From positions 25,346-89,345 of the IMG/VR virus record IMGVR_UViG_3300032360_000001: a stretch of 64,000 bases of DNA; one strand, given 5' to 3'. Every line of letters begins with the position of its first letter. The stretch's first letter is position 1. Made by a program: the position numbers and the translations under genes. The DNA comes from a virus. A model generated the notes under the pieces. It saw nothing but the letters and a program-made list of their open reading frames with translations, searched no databases and had not been told where the DNA came from. Below are positions 27,439 through 36,000 of this stretch, one piece after another.

Positions 27439-29714
27439 AGGCTTTTGTATATCTCACTTTCTTCGAAGGTCGCCCTAAAATGTTCTTGAGATATTTTTTT
27501 TCTGATCTCGCAATTTTTAAGGTATTTATGAGTTTCCCCAACAAGATCTAAATTCTCTGCTTTTCTCGCGCACTCCTCTAATGAATCATAATATAATGGA
27601 TAATCCTTACCTAGGTATTCCATCACCGCAGGCAATGGATTAACAAGGAGCGGCGTTGCCCGCGCAATGCACTCTATCACTGCATTATTTGCGCTAGAAT
27701 CATAAAGATCTAAAAAAACTATATTTTCAGAAAGAAGTATATCATAGTCCTCGTTGGAGAGGGAGCTACTTGTCTCCGTGTTGTCTATGTATTTTTGTTC
27801 TATTTCTATCTTATATATACCTTTTTCTTTCTGCAGCATCCCGTTTATTACCTCAAGCGGCCTAGCGGAAGAATAGGGTATCAACCTAAGCTTGGTGTAT
27901 TGATTGCCTTGCGCGATTGGCACCGAATAAATGGAGTTCAGTTTCCTTAACCAATAACCAATGTTTACTATTCGTTTGTTTTTATTTTTTAAAAATTTAT
28001 CATAGTCGAAAAGAGTTTCGGGTATTTCTGTTGGATGAATGAGTGAGCATACCGTTTTTCCCGTCGTTTCCCTTAGGTACTTTGCGTGGTACTCTGATAA
28101 CGTGAACAACCCCGCACAATGCTCTAGGCTTTCTTGGAACTCGTCTCCCGCGATAATGTTCTGCAAGGAATACTTGTTGAAAAACCAAGGGGGCATGTTT
28201 TGTGGGTTATGGAAAAATCCGATCCAAGGAATCTTGTAGGGTATAACTTTTTTTTCTCTCCTGTGTTCTTCTAAGTGCCAAGCGAAATTATTCTCCAAGA
28301 AGCCGTCCAACAGAACTCCATTTTTATTGTGCAAAGAAGTTAACGCGCCCACGGCGTATCTCCAGCCGCTCCTATGGGAATCGAAAACGGTTTGTAAGCC
28401 TAAGTTTATTTTCCCCTTGGGGTTTGACGCTCCGAACTTAAAGTTCTCCTGTCTCCCTCCCCACCCACTATCTATTTGCTTTATGAATTCTAATATTTCT
28501 TTGTGTTTTTTGTTTTCGCTATTGGTTAGAAATTTAATGGTTTTTGATTTTAACCTTTTGTTTTCGACGTTAAGCCTCGCGTGTTTTTGTAAATTTTGAT
28601 TTTCTACCGCGTGCACATGGATACTCTTGGGCTGAATTTTCGAGCTAAAGCTTTTTCTCCAAAACCCTATATTATGAAGCTTGTCAAAAAGCCCGACGTC
28701 GAACTTTTCACATATCTGATTCATGCATTCTTGTTCAAAAAAATCAGAATTATTTATATAAGCATCTTTCCAGAAATTTGGTAAATCCGAGTCCGCACAG
28801 AACACGTATCCCGCGTTAAAGAACCCATAGTCAATAGAGTTGCCCGCGTCAGACGAACCCGCCTTATGATAGTGTGGAGACAGAAAAATATCTTTATCAA
28901 ATTTCTCCTGAAGGGAATCTAGCACAATCATATCACTGTCCAAAAAGAATACATTATCATGATTCTCTAGCGCGTAACTCATGCAATCCATTTTTTTTAT
29001 AATACATTCTGGGCGATGGTAATCATTTTTTCTTTCGAAATTATATTTCTCATTTATAGAGTCTAGAGTTTTTTGTTCCATTTCGGCCCTAAAGAAAACA
29101 TTACCCAAGTCCAAATTTAGACAAGATAGGAAGTACTCGGTTTCTTTATCGCAGACAACATATATAGGCTCATCATGGAACCCCCTTAAGCTTTTGATTA
29201 AAATCGCCGACTCTTCTTTCACTTCTTTCGTTGCCACGAAGCAAAAGCTTTGTATCTTGTGGTCAATTTCCGAGGAGCCTTTCCCTTCAAAAATTAACTT
29301 GTATGGATATTCCTTTTCGTAGATATCCGCTATCTTGTCTATAGCTTTATAAGCAGACGTTTCGTCTTCGGAATGTTTAAGCTTTATTGGGAAAAGCGTA
29401 CTTGCAGAAGTGGTGTGCCGCTTTATTGTTTCGAAAGCCTCTCGGTCTTCTGAGTAGTCTGCGACAAAGAAAATCCATTTTTTACCAAGCATTTGTTCTT
29501 CTATGTCGTTCAGAAGTTCCGTGGTCTCTTCCGCGTTGCTTGCTGTATATAGACAGACCCTAAACTTGTCCGTTAAGTGTGATTTCTCGGTTTTGTTTAA
29601 AATAGATTCAAAAATTTTTGAATTTTTGGGTCCAAGTGTGCCGTCGCTTAGTCTGCGTAAGCCAATCTTCACCTCCCCTAGGGTTAGCGTGTCTGCTGTC
29701 TCTAGAGAGTCCAT
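27435..29714 (-). CDS. Multidomain glycosyltransferase
   Basis: Central GT-A-like FLDSD...FNAG...EQ; C-terminal GT-B/GT4-like NAVIECIARATPLLVN. Confidence 0.8.
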   Translation of the reverse strand: MDSLETADTLTLGEVKIGLRRLSDGTLGPKNSKIFESILNKTEKSHLTDKFRVCLYTASNAEETTELLNDIEEQMLGKKWIFFVADYSEDREAFETIKRHTTSASTLFPIKLKHSEDETSAYKAIDKIADIYEKEYPYKLIFEGKGSSEIDHKIQSFCFVATKEVKEESAILIKSLRGFHDEPIYVVCDKETEYFLSCLNLDLGNVFFRAEMEQKTLDSINEKYNFERKNDYHRPECIIKKMDCMSYALENHDNVFFLDSDMIVLDSLQEKFDKDIFLSPHYHKAGSSDAGNSIDYGFFNAGYVFCADSDLPNFWKDAYINNSDFFEQECMNQICEKFDVGLFDKLHNIGFWRKSFSSKIQPKSIHVHAVENQNLQKHARLNVENKRLKSKTIKFLTNSENKKHKEILEFIKQIDSGWGGRQENFKFGASNPKGKINLGLQTVFDSHRSGWRYAVGALTSLHNKNGVLLDGFLENNFAWHLEEHRREKKVIPYKIPWIGFFHNPQNMPPWFFNKYSLQNIIAGDEFQESLEHCAGLFTLSEYHAKYLRETTGKTVCSLIHPTEIPETLFDYDKFLKNKNKRIVNIGYWLRKLNSIYSVPIAQGNQYTKLRLIPYSSARPLEVINGMLQKEKGIYKIEIEQKYIDNTETSSSLSNEDYDILLSENIVFLDLYDSSANNAVIECIARATPLLVNPLPAVMEYLGKDYPLYYDSLEECARKAENLDLVGETHKYLKNCEIRKKISQEHFRATFEESEIYKSL

Positions 29715-29953
29715 TCTGAGCCGTTAATTATTTCTAAAAATTCTTGGTGAGAATACTCTTTTCTTCCTATCAAATCTTTTGTAATTTCAAATATAAAGTT
29801 GGGCTGCTCTCCCTTGTATTTTACAAATGTTTTGCTCCGGTCTATAGAATACCTCATTGTTGATGGGCTGCTTTGCAGGACATCTGCGAAATCGATATAG
29901 TCTATTTCATCCGCGTCTAGTATAACATATTTTACGTCTTCTCTTAATCTCAT
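29702..29953 (-). CDS. Hypothetical protein, possibly fibre-associated
   Basis: 83 aa, in the same operon after a LamG gene. Confidence 0.7.
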   Translation of the reverse strand: MRLREDVKYVILDADEIDYIDFADVLQSSPSTMRYSIDRSKTFVKYKGEQPNFIFEITKDLIGRKEYSHQEFLEIINGSEWTL

Positions 29954-29969
29954 TGTGTTTTTCTTTTAT

Positions 29970-31019
29970 TTAATGATTTGGGTGATTTGGGCCAATAGCG
30001 CCGCCTTGACGCCATGGGTAATATATATGATTTAGTGCTAAGTAGTTTTGTCTTAATTCTGAGTGTTTTAGGGCTCTATCATAAACTAAAATGTGACCGA
30101 CCCCGCCGTTTAGCGCGTAGTTTACCGACCCCAAGAAACCTTCATACTCTTCCGCCATCGCCATGGCGATTATCGACTGCGTTCCGCCAATAACCCCGGC
30201 AGGAACCATTTCTCCTCCGTGATTTGTGCCGGCTTGACAATTCGATCCCGGAATTAACCTTTGATAAACTCCATTTACATACAAAGTAATTCTATCCTTG
30301 TCCTGATAGGAACTTTCACCCTCGCCTATGATATTCCCCGTTTCTTTCACTAATGAAAACATATACCATTTATTAAACTCAAGCTTCTGTCCGATTGAAC
30401 GGCGAGCACTAAACATTGGCATCGAGAATTGTAACGGGTCTCCGCAGAAGAGGGCAATTCTCATGCCTTGGGAGTCATTGTCCTCCATGATTCCAACTGA
30501 GCATCCGCCGTTGGAGTAGTCGTTCATGGCACCAACCCCAATGAGACCCTGCTGTCTTACACACGCCCCCTTGGACCCCGGGAATGAGCTTGTGAAACCC
30601 CAGATATTTAAGGTAAAATCACCTGCCGCGTTAAGCGTGAAATTATCTGAATACCCCCCATCGCATTGGTGTAAATGATTATCGATTCCATCCCCTACCA
30701 TATACCCTTCGGAGGTAGTCGTCGGTCCTTCAAAATCGGGTGCCCCAGATTCTCCAGCTGGCGTCGTCTCCATGCTAATAAGACATAAATCCTCTCCCCC
30801 CTCCACTAAATTCTCGTATACATCTCCCCCATTTGAATCGTCGTAAGAATCGCTATTGTTCGGGTCAAAGTGGCCAATAAGATTTTTGCTTATGAGCCCT
30901 CCGCTATCTCCACCTTCGCCTACGCTTTTTGGCCTGAACCAATCGTCAGAGACAATTGAGCTAGACTTCTGCCCCAGTGCTCGTAACCAAGCAGTGCTTT
31001 TCCAATCTGTTATATGCAT
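29970..31019 (-). CDS. LamG/concanavalin A-like virion protein
   Basis: GDGIDN, FTLNIW, NKWYMFSLV, LYVNG, ILVYDRAL...ELRQNY. Confidence 0.8.
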   Translation of the reverse strand: MHITDWKSTAWLRALGQKSSSIVSDDWFRPKSVGEGGDSGGLISKNLIGHFDPNNSDSYDDSNGGDVYENLVEGGEDLCLISMETTPAGESGAPDFEGPTTTSEGYMVGDGIDNHLHQCDGGYSDNFTLNAAGDFTLNIWGFTSSFPGSKGACVRQQGLIGVGAMNDYSNGGCSVGIMEDNDSQGMRIALFCGDPLQFSMPMFSARRSIGQKLEFNKWYMFSLVKETGNIIGEGESSYQDKDRITLYVNGVYQRLIPGSNCQAGTNHGGEMVPAGVIGGTQSIIAMAMAEEYEGFLGSVNYALNGGVGHILVYDRALKHSELRQNYLALNHIYYPWRQGGAIGPNHPNH

Positions 31020-31021
31020 CC

Positions 31022-31969
31022 TTAATCCTGTATCCCGTATGCCGCTAAGACCCCGCTTGGAAGCGTATTGTGCTCATGAGGAGAAATCCCCGGGCCCCCT
31101 GTACCAAAGCAAGTAAAAACAAGCATGCCTGTTTTCCCAGAGTGAAAAGCTACAGGTTTTTCTCCTATGAATGAGAATTCATTCATGAAGCTCACGTTGT
31201 TACCCGTTGGACAGGTCACCATTATCGTGGCTGCTGCGCCAGTTGTAAACCCGGACATATTAAATCCAGTTATATCTCCCGTCACCATCATCTGTGAAAA
31301 CGAGTGCTCAAAGCTTCCCGTAAATCCGCTTTGTTCAATCATGCCAATTCCGCTATCTTCCGAATTTGTTCCTCCGCTATAAATATGGTGACCCGTGTAG
31401 CCACCACCCCCTCCGCCGCCTCCGCCACCCCCGGCGCTGGCGCTATTATTTCCGCTTATAATTAATCTGCCCGTGTCACCTGTGATAATAATATTTCCGG
31501 CACCACTTAGGCTTCTGAATCGAAAAATACTTGTTCCATCTTCCGTTACGCCTATACCGCTGAATACGCCGCTTAGGCCCGTGGCCGAGTCATCAGTGCC
31601 TATATTGTGTCCCGTTGGAGATGGTTTTCCGGTGAAGTCTATCACCAAATCTCCTGTGTAGCCAGTAATCTGTATACCGCTACCACCCACCATTGATTTA
31701 AAAAGAAAAGTATTCTGAACTTTCACTATGAATAGCCCTGAGCCGCTTACGCCATCGCCGCTCACATTCCTCACCTCCGCCAGCTGGTTTGTGGAGGCAA
31801 TGTCGCCGCTAATCATAAACCTATCTCCCTCCGAAGAAATAAATATTCCGTCCCCCGGGCTTCCTATTTTGAAAATATTCTCATAATCAGTATGAGCTCC
31901 GCCTTGTTCCCATCCTGATGTGCTTATTTGTTTTACAAATATTTGCTTATTTTTCTTTCCTAGATCCAT
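31022..31969 (-). CDS. Short tail fibre-like protein, SG/TG-rich
   Basis: Two FKSMVGG/FRSLSGAG fibre repeats, a poly-Gly linker, and a C-terminal domain similar to that of 33018-38270. Confidence 0.7.
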   Translation of the reverse strand: MDLGKKNKQIFVKQISTSGWEQGGAHTDYENIFKIGSPGDGIFISSEGDRFMISGDIASTNQLAEVRNVSGDGVSGSGLFIVKVQNTFLFKSMVGGSGIQITGYTGDLVIDFTGKPSPTGHNIGTDDSATGLSGVFSGIGVTEDGTSIFRFRSLSGAGNIIITGDTGRLIISGNNSASAGGGGGGGGGGGYTGHHIYSGGTNSEDSGIGMIEQSGFTGSFEHSFSQMMVTGDITGFNMSGFTTGAAATIMVTCPTGNNVSFMNEFSFIGEKPVAFHSGKTGMLVFTCFGTGGPGISPHEHNTLPSGVLAAYGIQD

Positions 31970-32017
31970 CTTCTTCTTCTTATTTTAGATATTAAATTGC
32001 GTTCTTGCTAATTATTT

Positions 32018-33016
32018 TTAGATAGTAAAGGTATCATTCGGGTCTTCTACAAAGAATTGATTTTTTTCCCCGCTGTGCCTGTTGTAGTCTTCTCTTGTCG
32101 CTATATAATTTTGTATAATTCTGTTAATTCCTATGTTCCCGCTATATATCATAATTTTTCCGAACTTCGCGCCTGATCTAGCATACTCATAGCTCCTTTC
32201 AATGACCTCTGCTTCCACTTCGTATTGCGAGTAGCTTGCACCTATGTATATCGGGGTACTATCGCCGTTTATCTCAAAGGGCCCGTTATCATTCTTAAGG
32301 GGTTGGATCTTACCGTCGACGGCCATCGTCCAACTCCTCGCGGCGTTTTCAATGGTCCTAGTGCCATCTTGTCCATACGCAACGAAATACCACCTCTCTT
32401 TTTCTATTGTCTTGAGATATGTTTTGGAAGTTGTTCCCCCCGCATTTTGTCCAAAGTCGTAATTATATCCCGTCTGAAATGCATACGCTGCGACTCCACC
32501 CCAGCTTAAGCTGGGTGACTGTGGCCCGCAGCTAAATATCATACTGCCGCTGCTGTTCCAAGATTGCTCAGGAAAGTTTACCCACATGCATACCGTCCAA
32601 GAACCTGCAAAATTCAAATTAAGGCCTGTCTCTTCGCCGTAGCTAAGCGACTCTGTGGGCCCCAAATAATCATCTACCCCATCTGCCTCAAAATAACGAG
32701 TAAGTCTAAAATCTGCCGAGCCGCTTGTCTCGCTATGGAAACCCGCTCCATTTACATACCCGCTGTTGTAAGACATCCCGTTATGGATAACTAAATGAGG
32801 ATATTCATCGCTAACAAGATTCTTGTATTCCGCACCTACAACAGTACTTGTATCATTTGGGGCAAAATATCCAACTAATTTTGTGCCATCAATTGGCGCT
32901 CCCAATTTTCCTCTCTCCGCCCTCCCAAGCCCCGGTAAAGGAGTCCCGTCACCAGAAAATATTCCTGATGGTATGCTTCCAATAAGCGCGCAATTCCGTG
33001 GCTGTGTAGAGAACAT
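32018..33016 (-). CDS. LamG/concanavalin A-like virion protein
   Basis: ADGVDDY, WTVCMWV, ERWYFVA, IMIY...IIQNY. Start moved to ATG 33016, just after the upstream stop. Confidence 0.8.
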   Translation of the reverse strand: MFSTQPRNCALIGSIPSGIFSGDGTPLPGLGRAERGKLGAPIDGTKLVGYFAPNDTSTVVGAEYKNLVSDEYPHLVIHNGMSYNSGYVNGAGFHSETSGSADFRLTRYFEADGVDDYLGPTESLSYGEETGLNLNFAGSWTVCMWVNFPEQSWNSSGSMIFSCGPQSPSLSWGGVAAYAFQTGYNYDFGQNAGGTTSKTYLKTIEKERWYFVAYGQDGTRTIENAARSWTMAVDGKIQPLKNDNGPFEINGDSTPIYIGASYSQYEVEAEVIERSYEYARSGAKFGKIMIYSGNIGINRIIQNYIATREDYNRHSGEKNQFFVEDPNDTFTI

Positions 33017-33017
33017 G

Positions 33018-36000
33018 TTAAAGCGTGTAGTCTGATTCGGCCCAATGACACACACAAGAGCCGGTAGTACTACCATACGCGGTTATCGTTAACATTCCGA
33101 CTTTTCCTATTTCTAAGGTATGAGGCTCAATTCCTATAAAGCTAAAATTGTTTCCGCTTAAGAACCTAAAGTAATTCTCACCCACAGAATAAGCATCTAC
33201 CGCGGTAACCTGAATCGTTATTGAGCGCCCCGCTTCTATGTTCACCAAGTTAAGTCCGTGAGCATGGTATGATAAATTAAACTTCTTTAAATTGCTGCCG
33301 GCCATATTAATATTGAAACTGGAGCCCCCTGCGCCTATAGCGTATGGATCTGGTGCCCACCCCGTAGACTTGAATTCACCCAAGTCTTCTACGCATTGAT
33401 TAACCTGTCCACAGAATGTCAAATCTCCCACGGAGGAGCCAGCGTCATGGACATCAAATATTGTTTCACCCGCGTCATCTGTTATGCTCAAGCCTGATAC
33501 GAGGGTCCCAGATTGTCCAGAGAACAAAGTGGTTTGAAGAACTGGTGAGGTTACTTTAGCGTTGGAAAGAGTTGTTTGTCCTCCCTCTTCGCTTTCGGTT
33601 GATATAGATATCTCTCCTTCGCTGGTTGCCCTTAGTGTCGTAGCCTCTGACGCTGAATCACCAGAGAGCCTTAGGTCAGCTAAGGTATTGGGAGAATAAC
33701 CCGTTACGGGTGTTCCGCTTAGTGTTACTTCGTTTCCTGTTTTGGGCGCGCTTATCCTAAGGTTATGATCGTTATCGAATCCTATATGTACTGCACCGCT
33801 CATGCCTACGCCAGACATTACCAAACTGTTATTGTTTAAATATAAACTATTCCAATATAAATCAGGAGTACCAAGATCTGCTCCTCCATCCCACTGAGGA
33901 GAAAAGTGCATACAATTCTCGTGCAGGAAAATTCCATGGAAAGATGTGTCTACTGCCGGCGATCCCATGTAATCTGACCATGAACCTAATGTATCATAGT
34001 AGCCAGTTGGTGAAGTTATTATCCCATTACCGCCCTCAAACGTCATTGGGTCATACGTGCCAACACTTATTTTTGCGGGGGGATGGCCCAACGCACCCGT
34101 GACATGTATTCCTCGGGTTTCTAAATTATTAATATACCCGTAGTCCGCGAGAACTTCGAACCACCATTTACCATTTTCAAAATTTCCGGGCTCGAAGCCT
34201 TCTTCGCCTTTATCACCAAGGCTATAAGCTCCGCTTTGGTGGGGAATTAAACTTCCGCTGGAATAAATGTCTCCCCTCACATCCAGCGTTCCAGACATGC
34301 CGGTGAGCAGTTCCCACGCTTGCGTTGAGCCAACCTCCATCCCGAAGAATTCCCCAACGCCTATTGAGTTAGAACGCGTAAAGCACCCGCAAACCGCTTC
34401 GTAAGCCAGCCCTTGCCAAAGCGCATTTGAACCAGACAATGAACCGGGACCAAGGCGGTCTCCCTCCAGACTCAGGACAATATCGCCACCATGGAATTGA
34501 AATGCGCCAGTATATCCTGTGGCCGGAGCTCCTGCGCCGCCACCGCCGCCTTCTCCAGCAGCGCCTGATCCCCCTGAGGGGCCTGCTGGAACGAAAGAGA
34601 CTACGGTTTCCCCGGAATGAGTAAACACGCCTCCATCAACATCTCGGACAGTGTTACTTGACGAGGATTTCCATGTAACTCCTACGCTATGATGGTAACC
34701 ATGGTACGCAGGCTCGCCAGTAATCAAAAATGCAGCCCAATTTACATTGACTTTATCTCGATGGAATAATTTTAATATGCCTCTATTTGCTACATCACCA
34801 TAGTTTCCAAAATCATCAAGCCACTGAGAGGCATCTCCCCCGCGATAATTAGTATGAGATATATCTATGCCCGACGTATCACGCATATCATCATTCGGGG
34901 TCACAAGCTTAAGCCCGCTGGTTCCCGGTCCCTCGGACCAAAGAGCTTCTGAATACCCGCTATTAAAATAGAAACTAAAACTATATCCCCCGAAATCTCC
35001 GGTTGCTCCCGTTGCTCCCGTAATACCCGCCCCCGTGGCCCCCGTGACCCCTGTAGCGCCAATGCTCCCTACCTGCCCGGTGGGGCCAGCAGGAACAAAA
35101 GAGATCACGGTTTCCCCGGAATGAGTAAACGGGAAGTTCTCCTCCGAAGAGGTTCTCCATGAAGCTCCTATGTTTACCCAAGGTGCTGACGTTTTGGGCA
35201 TGTTGTAGCGAACCGTGGGATTACCAGTAATCGTAAATGACATCCAATTTTCATTTACTTTATCTCTTGTAAATATTTTTAATATACCTCTATTTGTTTC
35301 GTCACCATAACTTCCAAAATCTAGAAGCCAACCAGAAACGGCACCTCCGCGATGATTAAAATAAGATACATCTATGCCTGTCGTGTCGGGTGGAATAGCT
35401 GAGGCGAAGAGCTTAAATCCGCTGTCTCCCGGCCCATCAGCCCAATGAGCCGCTGTGTACCCGCTGTTATAATAGAAACTGAAACTGTCTCCACCGAAGT
35501 CTCCTGTTCCCTGCCCCGCCGCGCCTGTAGCGCCTGTAGCGCCTGTGGGTCCCGCTACGGTACTATCTGCGCCGGCTGGTCCCTGTATGCCTTGCGGTCC
35601 TTGCGGTCCAACTTGCGCATAAGACATTATTACCGGTTCTCCACTAAAAAAGGCTCCAGTATAGCCAGTGTAGGCCATCCCAGAAGAGACCCCCGTAACG
35701 GGTATTATGTTGTACCCTGTTATGTTATTTCCGGTTTGGAACGGGTCTCCCGAGTGGTGCACGATAGATCCAGTTATTTTATAAACTACAAATTGCGAAG
35801 AACCGGTTGCGCTATAGATTCTTAGTCTTCCTTTTATGTCTCCATCTGCATCGTCATCAAATGACTGTACCCATCCCGATATATCTATCATATCGATTTG
35901 CTGATCGTCTACGTGTATACCTGAAACTTTTAGATAATCTATGCCAGAAGGTAGAGCACGATTATGTGGAGCCTGAGCAAAACCTAAGTACCCAGATCCG

